This document shows positions 35,338 through 45,789 of a DNA stretch of 64,000 nucleotides, piece after piece (position 1 is the first letter of the stretch; every line of letters begins with the position of its first letter). Source of the DNA: a virus (lineage: Duplodnaviria > Caudoviricetes). Location of the stretch: IMG/VR virus record IMGVR_UViG_2706796752_000001, positions 1-64,000 of that record. One strand, written 5' to 3'. The notes under the pieces are model-generated. The model saw nothing but the letters and a program-made list of their open reading frames with translations, did not search any database and was not told where the DNA came from. Both the position numbers and the translations under genes were made by a program.

Positions 35338-36144
35338 ATGCAAACACTAGTTGACAAACACACAGGAGCATTTACCATGTTCGTTCCGATTGATATCGAA
35401 GAATCTATTAAAAAGAACGACGACTCTCCTGATGAGCGCTCTTGGTATCTACGTGGATACGCGACAACACAACACTTAGATAGACAAGACGATATTGTGG
35501 ACCCTAAAGGAATCGATATCTCCTACTTTATGAATCACGGATACATTAACTATGAACATAAGCAAGGAGACTTTTACAAAGTAGGCGTCCCGACAGATGG
35601 AACATACATCGATGAAGAAATCGGATTGTATGTAGAATGTAAATTATACAAAGAGAACCCATACGCTAAAAGCATGTGGGACTTAGCAAATAACATTAAA
35701 ACTTCTGGGGTACCTAGAACACTAGGATTCTCAGTTGAGGGATTCTGTCTAGCGCGTGACCCAGACGACCCTCGCATTATGCGTAAGCTACGTGTTACTA
35801 ATGTGGCAGTAACGACAAACCCAGCTAACCCTAACGCGGTATGGGAGCACTTCGCTAAATCGTTTACAGCAGGTTACGCAATTACACCGGAAGATTCTAT
35901 CAATGCAGGTGCACTAAGTCCAGAACAATTCGCTAGAAGTCTTTACAATTTAACGTGGACGTTGAAAGGTAAGTCGGATAAAGAATTTAAGGACGTATGG
36001 AGCAAGATTGGTAGACACTTAGATGACATGGGAAGAAATAAACCAGAAAGTGCAGTTCTATTTTTACAGCTATCAAAAGGCATGTCGAGAGATGAAGCCT
36101 TAGAAACAGTCAAAAATAAAATGTTAAAGGAGACTATAAAATGA
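35338..36144 (+). CDS. Prohead protease
   Basis: GYATT..LDRQDD, INYEH, LGFSVEG, VAVTTNPANP. Confidence 0.92.
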   Translation: MQTLVDKHTGAFTMFVPIDIEESIKKNDDSPDERSWYLRGYATTQHLDRQDDIVDPKGIDISYFMNHGYINYEHKQGDFYKVGVPTDGTYIDEEIGLYVECKLYKENPYAKSMWDLANNIKTSGVPRTLGFSVEGFCLARDPDDPRIMRKLRVTNVAVTTNPANPNAVWEHFAKSFTAGYAITPEDSINAGALSPEQFARSLYNLTWTLKGKSDKEFKDVWSKIGRHLDDMGRNKPESAVLFLQLSKGMSRDEALETVKNKMLKETIK

Positions 36145-37094
36145 CAGTATCGATTGAAGGATTAAACAAGGAACTTGAAGAGGTAACGAAGTCTATGGAA
36201 TTAGCCCAAACAGAGGTAGTTGTTCCAGACCCAGTTAAAGTTGAGGAGGAAGTCGAAGTGAAAGAAGAAGAAAAGGTTGAAGAAGTAGAGAAGGATAAGA
36301 AAAAAGAGGAAGAGGTTAAGGAAGAAAAAGAAGAGGAAGTTGTAGAAAAATCTGCTAAGAAAGAAGACAAGAAAGACGAGAAAGAAAAAGATAAGGAGAA
36401 GGAGGAAGTTGAAAAGTCGGACGAGGAAGATGAAAAAGAAGATGTAGAGAAATCCGACGAAGAAGATGAGGACAAAGAGAAAGAAAAGAAAGAGAAAAAA
36501 GATGAGAAGGTAGCCAAGTCTGCTGAAGCTCTACCAGTTGGTTCAGAGTTTATTACGTTCCTAGAATCAGTTGTCAAGTCTACTACAGCCGTTGCTAAGA
36601 ATCAAGAGAACGTAGCAGAGCGATTAGAGCGTATTGAGAAATCTGTGCTACCAATGATTGAGAATATCGCTAAGCACTTTGAAGAGTTAAAAGCTAAAGA
36701 GGTGCAAGAAGCTGAAGTTGTTGAAGAAGTTAAAGAAGACGAAGGTAAAGTAGAACTAGACGTTCCCGAAACCAAAGTAGAAGAGGAAGTTGTAGTTGTT
36801 CCAGAAGCTGTTGCTAAATCAGCTAATGAAGACGAAGACTTAGATGGCAAAGGCGTAGAGTATATTGAGAAATCTGCTAACGCTCCAGAAGCTGCTGAGG
36901 TAGAAGAGGAAGTTGAAGAAGTAGTATTTAAGGCTGCTGACCATGTAGGCGCTGTAATCGATTATGTTCACGCAGGTAAAGCAAACCCTACAGAAAAAGG
37001 TTTCTTATTCGGAGTAGTTAACCGTGTTAAGGGCGGTTATGCAAGTGACCGAGATGTAGCCGCTGTTAAAGCAATTGTAGATGGTCGCTACTAA
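36141..37094 (+). CDS. E/K-rich scaffold-like head protein
   Basis: Low-complexity acidic protein between protease and capsid; repeated (E/A)KS motifs. Confidence 0.7.
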   Translation: MTVSIEGLNKELEEVTKSMELAQTEVVVPDPVKVEEEVEVKEEEKVEEVEKDKKKEEEVKEEKEEEVVEKSAKKEDKKDEKEKDKEKEEVEKSDEEDEKEDVEKSDEEDEDKEKEKKEKKDEKVAKSAEALPVGSEFITFLESVVKSTTAVAKNQENVAERLERIEKSVLPMIENIAKHFEELKAKEVQEAEVVEEVKEDEGKVELDVPETKVEEEVVVVPEAVAKSANEDEDLDGKGVEYIEKSANAPEAAEVEEEVEEVVFKAADHVGAVIDYVHAGKANPTEKGFLFGVVNRVKGGYASDRDVAAVKAIVDGRY

Positions 37095-37260
37095 TTAGAA
37101 ACAGGTAGTATTAAGTGTTATATTAAGTACAGAAGAGGTTGTAGCGGACTCCTCCTAAGCTACTTCCTCTTGTTATGATATACTAGTTTTATAGTGAGGA
37201 AACAGAATTTTTAGAATATTGTGAATAAAACATAAACCACTTTGAAAGGAAGATAAAATA

Positions 37261-38694
37261 ATGACTGAAGTAAAAGTAGAAAAAGAAAAAGAGGTTAAGT
37301 TGCCTGAGCAAGCTGAAGCCCAGTTAGCTGAGATTGTAAGCAAATCGTTTACAACTGGTACAGGTATCACGCCAGATACGCAACAAAATGCAGCTGCGTT
37401 ACGCCGTGAGTTACTAGAAGACCAAGTGAAAATGCTTGCTTTCGACAATGCAGACTTCACGATTTATCCAATGATTAATAAGCAACAAGTAAATTCAACT
37501 GTTGCGAAGTATGCAGTATTTAATCAACATGGTCGAACAGGTCATTCTCGTTTCGTGCGTGAGGTAGGGGTAGCTAGTATCAACGACCCTAACATCCGCC
37601 AAAAGACAGTACAGATGAAGTTCTTATCTGACACTAAACAACAATCTATCGCAGCAGGTCTTGTGAACAACATCGCTGACCCAATGTCAATCTTGACAGA
37701 AGATGCAATCTCTGTTATTGCAAAATCTATCGAGTGGGGTATTTTTTACGGAGATGCAGCATTATCAGCTGAAGATGATAGTCAAGCAGGTTTAGAGTTT
37801 GATGGATTAGGTAAATTAATTGACAAGGATACAAACGTAATTGACTTAGCTGGTAAACGTTTAACTGAAGAAGTTTTAAACAAAGCAGCAGTTATCGTTG
37901 GTAAAGGTTACGGTCGCGCTACAGATGCGTTTATGCCGATTGGGGTGCAAGCGGACTTCACTAACAATCTATTAGACCGTCAACGTGTAATTCAACCGTC
38001 ACAAGCTGGTGGATTCTCTACTGGATTCTCTATCAATCAATTCTTATCTACACGTGGTGCTATCACACTTCACGGTTCAACAATCATGGAGAATGATAAT
38101 ATCTTAGTAGAAGGTCGTATGATTGAGCCTAACGCTCCTCAAGCTCCAGCATCAGTTGTAGCTACAGTTGCAAAAGGTAAAGGTAAATTCCGTCCGGAAG
38201 ATATCAAAGAGCAAGCTTACAAAGTTGTAGTTCACTCTGACGATGCAGAATCATTACCATCTCAAGAAGTTATTGCTACAGTTGCAGAAGCTGCGAGCGA
38301 AGTTAAGTTAACTGTTAAACTAGCTAACTTATACCAAGCATCACCACAGTTCATCTCTGTATACCGTCGTGGTAACGAAACAGGTCACTACTTCTTAATC
38401 GCTCGTTTCCCAGTTTCAAAGCGTAACGACCAAGATGAGTTAGTAGTAATCGACCGAAATGAAACAATCCCAGAAACAACTGATGTGTTTGTTGGTGAGA
38501 TGACTCCACAAGTTCTTAGCTTACTAGAGTTACTTCCAATGATGAAGTTACCACTTGCTCAAATGAATGCTACAACTACGTTCACAGTCCTTTGGTACGG
38601 CGCTTTAGCTCTTTACGCTCCGAAGAAATGGGTTCGTATCCGTAACGTTCAATACATCCCAGCTTTAGCTGCTGATGTAACTTACCGTCCTTAA
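37261..38694 (+). CDS. Major capsid protein
   Basis: KSFTTGTGITPDTQQNAAALRRE, AKSIEWGIFYGD, GLEFDGL, MMKLPLAQ typical of Herelleviridae. Confidence 0.97.
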   Translation: MTEVKVEKEKEVKLPEQAEAQLAEIVSKSFTTGTGITPDTQQNAAALRRELLEDQVKMLAFDNADFTIYPMINKQQVNSTVAKYAVFNQHGRTGHSRFVREVGVASINDPNIRQKTVQMKFLSDTKQQSIAAGLVNNIADPMSILTEDAISVIAKSIEWGIFYGDAALSAEDDSQAGLEFDGLGKLIDKDTNVIDLAGKRLTEEVLNKAAVIVGKGYGRATDAFMPIGVQADFTNNLLDRQRVIQPSQAGGFSTGFSINQFLSTRGAITLHGSTIMENDNILVEGRMIEPNAPQAPASVVATVAKGKGKFRPEDIKEQAYKVVVHSDDAESLPSQEVIATVAEAASEVKLTVKLANLYQASPQFISVYRRGNETGHYFLIARFPVSKRNDQDELVVIDRNETIPETTDVFVGEMTPQVLSLLELLPMMKLPLAQMNATTTFTVLWYGALALYAPKKWVRIRNVQYIPALAADVTYRP

Positions 38695-38908
38695 TCGGAT
38701 GGTAAGCTCCCGCTTGGGGGAGTAGAAAGATACCACGAGGCGTGTGAGTTAACGGTTACGTTGCTCACCTAAATAATGATAAGGCATAGTGCCAATTTCT
38801 AAATAACTAGTAAACCTACGAGTGTGTTATAGTACACCAAACGAAACCGGAACTAGTTATCTAAGAAACTAATTGAATAGTTCGATGACAATTGAATAAC
38901 AACTAAAT

Positions 38909-38936
38909 AGGAGCAGATAAATTTCTGCTCCTTTTA
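38909..38936 (+). terminator. Rho-independent terminator
   Basis: AGGAGCAGA-TAAATT-TCTGCTCCT-TTT. Confidence 0.85.
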
Positions 38937-38963
38937 TTATATCTAAACTAGGAGGAAATGTAA

Positions 38964-39188
38964 ATGTTAAAAAGTATTTTTTATGGTGATTACACAACGG
39001 CAACTATTTTCGGTGATGTCTACTTCGATAAGGATGGTATCGCACAAGGCTTGACATTAGAACAGGAACGTGCATTATCCGCCGTAGCAGATTACAAGTT
39101 TACAGAACCAGAACCTGAGAAGCCTAAGGCTCCAGCTAAACCGAAGACACCACCTAAAGCTAAAGCTGCACCTAAAGAAGAAAAATAA
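38964..39188 (+). CDS. Small virion-associated protein with P/K/A tail
   Basis: RBS AGGAGG; conserved position after capsid gene. Confidence 0.7.
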   Translation: MLKSIFYGDYTTATIFGDVYFDKDGIAQGLTLEQERALSAVADYKFTEPEPEKPKAPAKPKTPPKAKAAPKEEK

Positions 39189-39200
39189 GGAGGTATTGAT

Positions 39201-40082
39201 ATGGGAGCTCACTTAGTAGAACCAGAAAGCGGCAGCCCGTATCAACATAATAATAAACAACGAATCGAGCTAGCTGATGTAGATAAACTGACGCTAGCTG
39301 ATTTTGGGTTTACAGTTGATGCGGTTAAACTAAACCACTTTGGTATCGACGTAAAGAATCCAACTACAGGAGAATTCCTTCCGGATGCATTCTATGAAGC
39401 TAAGATTGAACAAGGTATTGCACAAGCAGAGAAAATGCTTGACATCGTTATCATCCCTCGACACGTCGAAGAGCACTCCGATTTCTATCGTAATGACTTT
39501 GACTCATATAACTTTATACGAACGCGTAAGCGCCCTGTAATCCAGTTAGAGAAGATGAGAATGGAGTATGGTGGAGGAACAGTATTCTCTTATCCTCCTA
39601 AATGGTGGAGAGTGTATACATTAGAGGGTCATGTAGAGCTAATGCCTACGATGTTACTATCCTCACAGGGACAGAATTTAAGTCTATCAAACATCTACTC
39701 AGGTTATCCTATGATATCCGGTATACCTTCTCTAGTAGGCGGAGAGTACGCACCACAGCTATTCCACGTAGAATATGTTGCTGGACTGTTACCACCTAAA
39801 CGGAGAGGCGTGACAGAGGACTGGGAACTGTCTCCTGACTTATGGACATTAGTTATTAAACTAGCATTAAAAGAAATCCTGCAACAATGGGGAAGACTTA
39901 TCGTTGGTGCTGGTATCGCTGAGATGACAACACAAATAGATGGTGTATTCCAGAAGATTAATACAACTCAGTCTGCTATGTACGGTGGAGCGTACGCAGA
40001 TATATCTCAGTTAGATAGAGATATAGAGGACCTATACAAAGGGTTAAAATCTCACTACGGAGTAAACTTAGGAATTATCTAA
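39201..40082 (+). CDS. Head-tail adaptor/neck protein
   Basis: WGRLIVGAGIA...TTQSAMYGGA; position. Confidence 0.75.
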   Translation: MGAHLVEPESGSPYQHNNKQRIELADVDKLTLADFGFTVDAVKLNHFGIDVKNPTTGEFLPDAFYEAKIEQGIAQAEKMLDIVIIPRHVEEHSDFYRNDFDSYNFIRTRKRPVIQLEKMRMEYGGGTVFSYPPKWWRVYTLEGHVELMPTMLLSSQGQNLSLSNIYSGYPMISGIPSLVGGEYAPQLFHVEYVAGLLPPKRRGVTEDWELSPDLWTLVIKLALKEILQQWGRLIVGAGIAEMTTQIDGVFQKINTTQSAMYGGAYADISQLDRDIEDLYKGLKSHYGVNLGII

Positions 40083-40095
40083 GGAGGTATAAAAC

Positions 40096-40881
40096 ATGGC
40101 AGAGAAGCCAATTATGCTCCAGCAGATAGCACAAGCAACAAATAGGCTTCCGGACTTAGACCAGCATATTGACACATTCTCACAAAAAGTGCTATGGGAA
40201 AAGTCATTTCTTTGCCCGTGTAAGGACAAGGATACATCTCAGCCGGACCCTACTTGTCGAATCTGCCACGGTAGAGGTATTTCATTTAGACCACCAGTAC
40301 AGATGACCATGATGGTTCAATCACAAGCTAAAGGCGCAATCAATGATGACCTTGGTATAAGCGATACAGGAACCGCTATAGGTACTCCAGACCGGAGCCA
40401 ACGTATTGCATTCCGCGATAGAATAACGGTACCTAACGCTAAGCTATCACAGTCTATCTTATTCGATGTAACCGACAAGCGTGTCAAAAATGGACTATAC
40501 CTAGTTTACGATGTTCAATCTGTAGACTTGGCTATGAGCATCGATGGTGAGATATTTGAAGGTACACACTTCCGTATTGACTACAAGACTAACAGAGTTT
40601 ATCCAGATGCGAGTATGATAGGGAAAAATATATCCCTTAATGTCTTGACAACACTGAGATATCTTGTAGCTGATTTATTGAAAGAACATCGTTACGCACG
40701 TGATATGGACTTCTCCCAACATAACACGTACCAGAAGCTATTGCTTAAGCGTGAAGACCTGTTTATTGACAAAGAAGCATTCTCACAAGGTGTATCTAAC
40801 GAAGTTGCTAGAGAACAGTTAGATTCCAAGAAACCTCTAAACACAAATGGCATGAACGGATTCTTCGGTAACCTTGGCTAG
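40096..40881 (+). CDS. Head completion/neck protein
   Basis: WEKSFLCPC...CRICHGRG; position. Confidence 0.7.
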   Translation: MAEKPIMLQQIAQATNRLPDLDQHIDTFSQKVLWEKSFLCPCKDKDTSQPDPTCRICHGRGISFRPPVQMTMMVQSQAKGAINDDLGISDTGTAIGTPDRSQRIAFRDRITVPNAKLSQSILFDVTDKRVKNGLYLVYDVQSVDLAMSIDGEIFEGTHFRIDYKTNRVYPDASMIGKNISLNVLTTLRYLVADLLKEHRYARDMDFSQHNTYQKLLLKREDLFIDKEAFSQGVSNEVAREQLDSKKPLNTNGMNGFFGNLG

Positions 40882-41512
40882 GAAACCAAGAAAACCAAGG
40901 AAGGTTCCAAAGCTCCTACGCGGCGGACAAGATACTTCGAGAGCTCTTAACAACATTGGCAAGGCATTGCAGCAGCAAGCCCTACAATCGACAGCTAAGC
41001 AGCTCTCCGAGTCACTTCCGGAAGGATACGAACTTAAACAACGTCCGAAATACTTAGAGGTTACTGAGAAGCGATTAACAGGTATGGGAGTAGTAGATTT
41101 GAAACCAATGTTCGCTAAAAGTCCGAAAAGGAAGTTTAGTAAGAATGGTGGTTGGTACTTGGATGTACCGATTAGAAGAAAAGCTCGTGGAATGTCCCGA
41201 AGAATGTATGACCAACTAAGAGCAGTCGATATGGGTGGACAACAGAAGATTAATATCATATCTGATTACCTGTACGATAACCGAGGAGTATCAGATGCAC
41301 CACTACTAAACTATAAGCCTAAATCTAATACTATCACAAAGATTGCATCAGGTAAAGGTCGACATGATTATGTAGCATTTAGACGTGTATCGAATAACTC
41401 ATCACCTACTAGCTGGATAGTTAACCGAGATAAAGTAACGGTAGCTAATACATCAAAGACGTTCGTAGCAAATGTTAATAGGCTCATGAAGTACAACATG
41501 AAGAATATGTAG
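40874..41512 (+). CDS. Basic neck/tail completion protein
   Basis: GGWYL.VP, YVAFRRVS..S...SWI. Confidence 0.7.
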   Translation: MARKPRKPRKVPKLLRGGQDTSRALNNIGKALQQQALQSTAKQLSESLPEGYELKQRPKYLEVTEKRLTGMGVVDLKPMFAKSPKRKFSKNGGWYLDVPIRRKARGMSRRMYDQLRAVDMGGQQKINIISDYLYDNRGVSDAPLLNYKPKSNTITKIASGKGRHDYVAFRRVSNNSSPTSWIVNRDKVTVANTSKTFVANVNRLMKYNMKNM

Positions 41513-41526
41513 AAAGGAGGAACTTC

Positions 41527-42399
41527 ATGTTACCAAGTATAGATACTTACATTAAAAGTGAGATAGAACGAACATTAGGAATGCTCCTAGACAACCGCTA
41601 TATTATAGAGGAACTATTAAAAGAGGTTCAAGATAGTGTACGAAATAAGTTCATCAAGGCTTATGTCTACGATGAATACTTACAAGCTGCACCGAAAGAA
41701 ATACCTATCGTTTATACAATGCCGCAGACAAAGCAGCAAATGCAAGGCACGATTTACATCTCATTACGAGAGGGAGAGGAATCGCACACTTCATTGAACA
41801 ATCTGGAGAGTACGTACGATAATCCCGAAGTAAGGATGAGGTCGCAGGTATGTGATGTGAAGATATTCTCAGATGAGAGAATGTACTTTGAAGTCGAACA
41901 TCCTGTAGCATCTATGGAATCCGTAAGTAACGTAACTTTTACAGATAAGGATAATATAGTTTGCGAAGGTAATAGAATCTACTTCAATTACTCTCCTGAT
42001 TTAGAAGGACTAGGAGGATTCACAGTCTGGTATAACGAGGCATCAATAAAGGCTAATAGAGTTGGTGAGTTTGGTGTTCGTTCTGGTTTCACTTCTACCG
42101 AACATTATAGCATCCTTGTTATCTCAACCAACATGGACACAGTAAGGTGTTTAGACCTACTTTTGAAAGCCGTACTTATCTACATGCGTAGTAAACCGGA
42201 AGAACAAACCAATCATCTATTACAAGGCATACGGTACGGTCAGATGGAAGAATTAAATTCTAAGGATGGTACTGAAGCACCGGAGATTCTATACGGTCGA
42301 GAAACAATAGTAACGTATACGACTTCATACAGTCTGGACGTTCCAATTCTAGAAAGAATAGAAAACATCGTCCTTAAAAATAAATTAAACGTTAAGTAA
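41527..42399 (+). CDS. Tail terminator/completion-like structural protein
   Basis: Position before sheath; 290 aa. Confidence 0.65.
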   Translation: MLPSIDTYIKSEIERTLGMLLDNRYIIEELLKEVQDSVRNKFIKAYVYDEYLQAAPKEIPIVYTMPQTKQQMQGTIYISLREGEESHTSLNNLESTYDNPEVRMRSQVCDVKIFSDERMYFEVEHPVASMESVSNVTFTDKDNIVCEGNRIYFNYSPDLEGLGGFTVWYNEASIKANRVGEFGVRSGFTSTEHYSILVISTNMDTVRCLDLLLKAVLIYMRSKPEEQTNHLLQGIRYGQMEELNSKDGTEAPEILYGRETIVTYTTSYSLDVPILERIENIVLKNKLNVK

Positions 42400-42416
42400 C
42401 AGGGAGGAAAAATGTA

Positions 42417-42647
42417 ATGGCAGAAGTTAAGGAAGAAGTTAAAGAAACCAAGAAAATAAAATCGGAAGCTAAGAAGCCACAACCTCTATCGTTAGTCTAC
42501 ATCGATGATTATCTAAACATGGCAAAAGGCACTCACAAGGTGTCAGACGCTTACCTAGCAGGTTTTAAAGCGCACATGTATGGCAGTCACTATATGTACG
42601 ACATTAACGACTTCGAGAAAGCTTTTAAAGCTTACCAAAACTCATAA
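42417..42647 (+). CDS. Conserved small protein
   Basis: AGFKAHM motif; position before sheath. Confidence 0.7.
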   Translation: MAEVKEEVKETKKIKSEAKKPQPLSLVYIDDYLNMAKGTHKVSDAYLAGFKAHMYGSHYMYDINDFEKAFKAYQNS

Positions 42648-42669
42648 TAGAAAAGGAGAGAAATAACAC

Positions 42670-44400
42670 ATGGCACTTTCATATGGTTACAATAGAAAAC
42701 GTCCACGTACTGAGGTATTTGTGGATTCAACAGCTTTACGTTCAGCGAACACCCTTAGTGAAAAACCACTTATCTTAATTGGTCCAGCTGACGGTGGCGT
42801 TCCTCATAAATACGAAGAAGTAACAAACTTAGCACAAGCTCGTACTTTCTTCCGTAGTGGTGACCTTGTCGATGCAATCGAAATCGCATGGAACCCAGCT
42901 ACAGAGGCTCGTGGTGCAGGTAAGATTTATGCGATGCGTTCTGACGATGCAAAACAAGCGACTTTAACACAAGAAGGTTTAACATTCACTTCTAAGTTAT
43001 ATGGTACCGATGCTAACGGTATCCAAGTCGAGATGAAAGAACACACAGGTATCAGTGGAGCTAAAACGAAAGGTAAAGACGTTACAGTCTACTTCGTTAA
43101 AGACCGCTACCAAAACACTTACCAAGACGTAGGTAACATCTTCTCAATCACTCATAAACCAGAAACTGGTGCAGAGTACGCGTCAATCGAAGTTAAAGTA
43201 AATACTGACAAGAAATCAACAGAGTTAATCATCAAAGAAGGTAAAGATGAGCAGACAGCAGCAGTTCTTCGTTCATTTCCATTAGGTGAAGGTCTTTACC
43301 GCGACGTTAACGTTCTTGTAGAGGACATTAACAACATTGCACACTTCACAGCAACTATGAACAACGTTGGTGGTTACAAAAACATCACAACTGACTTCTT
43401 AGATGAATTAAAGTCTACAGAAGTAAAAGAAACTCCAGCTTTAGCTGTAACTGCAATCGGTGCCGACTTAGAGAACGTACTTGCAACTGACCCGTACGTA
43501 TCCGCTACAATCGACCGAGCTAAAACAGTTCCTGCAACAGTTGCTATCTCGTACTTAGCTGGTGGAGAAACAAAACCATTAACTAGTGGATGGGATACAT
43601 TGTTTGAGGAAATCGCTAACTGTGGTGGTTACTACGTCGTTCCTTTAACAGCTAGTGAAGGCGTACACGCAGAATTAGCACACTTCTTACGCAGCGAGTC
43701 TACTGGTGGTAACCAATTACGCGGATTCGTCGGTGGTGGCGTAGGTGAGTCATTCGACAAACTTCGTTCACGTCAAGCTGGTATCCGTTCTCCTCGTGTT
43801 TGCTTAATCGGTGACTCTGTAGAACGTCGTATGATGGATGGTCGAGTAGTTAAGCTTCCAGCTTACATGTACGCAGCACAAATCGCAGGTTTAGCATCTG
43901 GATTAGAAATCGGAACACCTATCACTTACAAGAAAATGAACATCGAGAAATTACTAGTTAAGTTTGATAGTGACCAGTTAGACCAGTTAGATGCATCTGG
44001 TGTAGTAATGACATCTTACATCCGTAATCGTGACATCTCTACATTCCGTATCGTATCTGACCCAACGACTTACAACAACGTAGAAGATGTAGTACAGAAC
44101 AGAATGTCATTAGGTGAAACTTCTGACTTCTTAGCTACAGATATTCGTATGATGCTAGATGATAGCTTCATAGGTACACGTATCCGTAACACTTCTGCTT
44201 CTATCATCAAAAACGCTGTAGAGTCATTCCTTGACAAACAAACTGGAGTAGGCGGCTTAATCGTTTCTTACAACCCAGAAGATGTACAAGTAATCATCAA
44301 TGGTAACACAGCAATCATCAATGTCGGTGTTCAGCCAACTCGTGGATTAGACTACATCAACGTATTCTTAAACTACAAGGACAACGCAATACAAGCTTAA
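42670..44400 (+). CDS. Tail sheath protein
   Basis: RPRTEV, FRSGDLVDAIEIAWNP, YYVVPLT, FRIVSDPTTYN. Confidence 0.96.
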   Translation: MALSYGYNRKRPRTEVFVDSTALRSANTLSEKPLILIGPADGGVPHKYEEVTNLAQARTFFRSGDLVDAIEIAWNPATEARGAGKIYAMRSDDAKQATLTQEGLTFTSKLYGTDANGIQVEMKEHTGISGAKTKGKDVTVYFVKDRYQNTYQDVGNIFSITHKPETGAEYASIEVKVNTDKKSTELIIKEGKDEQTAAVLRSFPLGEGLYRDVNVLVEDINNIAHFTATMNNVGGYKNITTDFLDELKSTEVKETPALAVTAIGADLENVLATDPYVSATIDRAKTVPATVAISYLAGGETKPLTSGWDTLFEEIANCGGYYVVPLTASEGVHAELAHFLRSESTGGNQLRGFVGGGVGESFDKLRSRQAGIRSPRVCLIGDSVERRMMDGRVVKLPAYMYAAQIAGLASGLEIGTPITYKKMNIEKLLVKFDSDQLDQLDASGVVMTSYIRNRDISTFRIVSDPTTYNNVEDVVQNRMSLGETSDFLATDIRMMLDDSFIGTRIRNTSASIIKNAVESFLDKQTGVGGLIVSYNPEDVQVIINGNTAIINVGVQPTRGLDYINVFLNYKDNAIQA

Positions 44401-44449
44401 TAGGAGCCCTTCGGGGTTCCTTCTAAATAAATTATAGGAGTGATTGTTA

Positions 44450-44878
44450 ATGGCAAGTTTAGCTAACCAAACTGTCCAATCCGCAAATACCGTCTACTTC
44501 ATGATTAAAAACGTACCAATCGCTCGTGCACAGTCAATCAGTTCAGAGCGTTCATTCGGTACAACTGGTGTTTACGAGATTGGTTCTATCATGCCTAAAG
44601 AGCACGTTTACTTACGATATGAAGGTACTGTAACAGTTGACCGTTTCCGTATGCGTAAGGAGAACTTAGCTGCATTAGGTTTCGCCGCTCTTGGTGAAGA
44701 AGTATTACAAATGGATATCATGGACATCGTTCTATATGATAACATTACCTCTGAGGTAGTAATCGCATACCGCGGTTGCTCAATCGATACTTACAGCGAG
44801 ACTGTATCTGTAGGTGAAATCAGCTCAGAGAGCGCACGTTTCTACTTCTTAACATCAGCAAACGTTCGTTCTAACTAA
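44450..44878 (+). CDS. Tail tube protein
   Basis: MASLANQTVQSANTV, ERSFGTTGVYEIGSIMP.EHVYL.YEG. Confidence 0.93.
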   Translation: MASLANQTVQSANTVYFMIKNVPIARAQSISSERSFGTTGVYEIGSIMPKEHVYLRYEGTVTVDRFRMRKENLAALGFAALGEEVLQMDIMDIVLYDNITSEVVIAYRGCSIDTYSETVSVGEISSESARFYFLTSANVRSN

Positions 44879-44905
44879 TAGAATCCTTCGGGGTTCTATT
44901 TTTTT
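44879..44905 (+). terminator. Rho-independent terminator
   Basis: TAGAATCC-TTCG-GGGTTCTA-T7. Confidence 0.9.
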
Positions 44906-44967
44906 ATGTTGACAATTAAAAACTACCATGGTAAGCTTACCTCAACAAATATTAGGAGGTAGTTAAA

Positions 44968-45312
44968 ATGACAGAATTCAAATTAGGAAGCATAGTGGAT
45001 AACATGATGAATATTAAGGACGAGACAATTAAGGAGCAAATCAGCAAGATTGTTGATTTAGAGTTTGAGAACTATGACCTAAAGAACAAGAAAAAGAACT
45101 TAGAGGATGACGTTAAGTTCATCTATAAAGTATGTGGTGGTTGGATTGGATTATGTTATGACTGGGCTAGAGAAGCAGAAAAGGATAGAGAGCATTATTA
45201 TTACACAGATGAAGAAATAGATGCTAAGAAATCTAAGTATATGGAAAGAGCACAAGCGTTACGAGAAGTAAGAGAGCTAATTGCACGAACACGAGAGAAC
45301 AGAGACTTCTAA
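44968..45312 (+). CDS. Hypothetical protein (inserted cassette)
   Basis: Own promoter TTGACA-17-TAAGCT at 44909-44937 and terminator at 45301-45328. Confidence 0.75.
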   Translation: MTEFKLGSIVDNMMNIKDETIKEQISKIVDLEFENYDLKNKKKNLEDDVKFIYKVCGGWIGLCYDWAREAEKDREHYYYTDEEIDAKKSKYMERAQALREVRELIARTRENRDF

Positions 45313-45387
45313 GAGGTCTCTTTTTTTTATTGACAGAAAAGTATAAATCTGTTACAGTCAAATTATACCAAAGAGGAGGAGATTTAT

Positions 45388-45789
45388 ATGCAACATAAAA
45401 AGATTGGATTTAATTTAGAAGTGGAAGAGTTTACACCGGACCCAACATTGAAAGCTTATGCAGACATGATGCACGAACATGTAAACCAAGTAACAGACAA
45501 GATTCGTAAAGAGATGGATGACACTATTAGGCAAGAGATAGAAAAAGGATTAGAAGGTTACGAGTATGACACATATACCGTGGAGAAACCACATCCTAGT
45601 CTACCAGCTTTAATAACTTTATATCCTAGTAGAAAAGAGATACTACTATTCGGTGTCACCGAGCATCAGCCCGATTTAATAAACTTCAAGCAGACAGAGA
45701 TATTCAAAATCAGAATGTTCGATGGATACGATGAGATTTTTAAAAGTACAACAGTATTCTATAAAGACTATAACATTAGTATCATCTAA
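45388..45789 (+). CDS. Hypothetical protein (inserted cassette)
   Basis: Own promoter TTGACA-17-TACAGT at 45330-45358; terminator-like hairpin at about 45795-45824. Confidence 0.75.
   Translation: MQHKKIGFNLEVEEFTPDPTLKAYADMMHEHVNQVTDKIRKEMDDTIRQEIEKGLEGYEYDTYTVEKPHPSLPALITLYPSRKEILLFGVTEHQPDLINFKQTEIFKIRMFDGYDEIFKSTTVFYKDYNISII

Noticed and set aside
38686-38725. +1 frameshift at capsid CCT-TAA, as in some Listeria phages
   Set aside because: The codon is CCT not CCC, and the +1 frame stops after about 10 codons.
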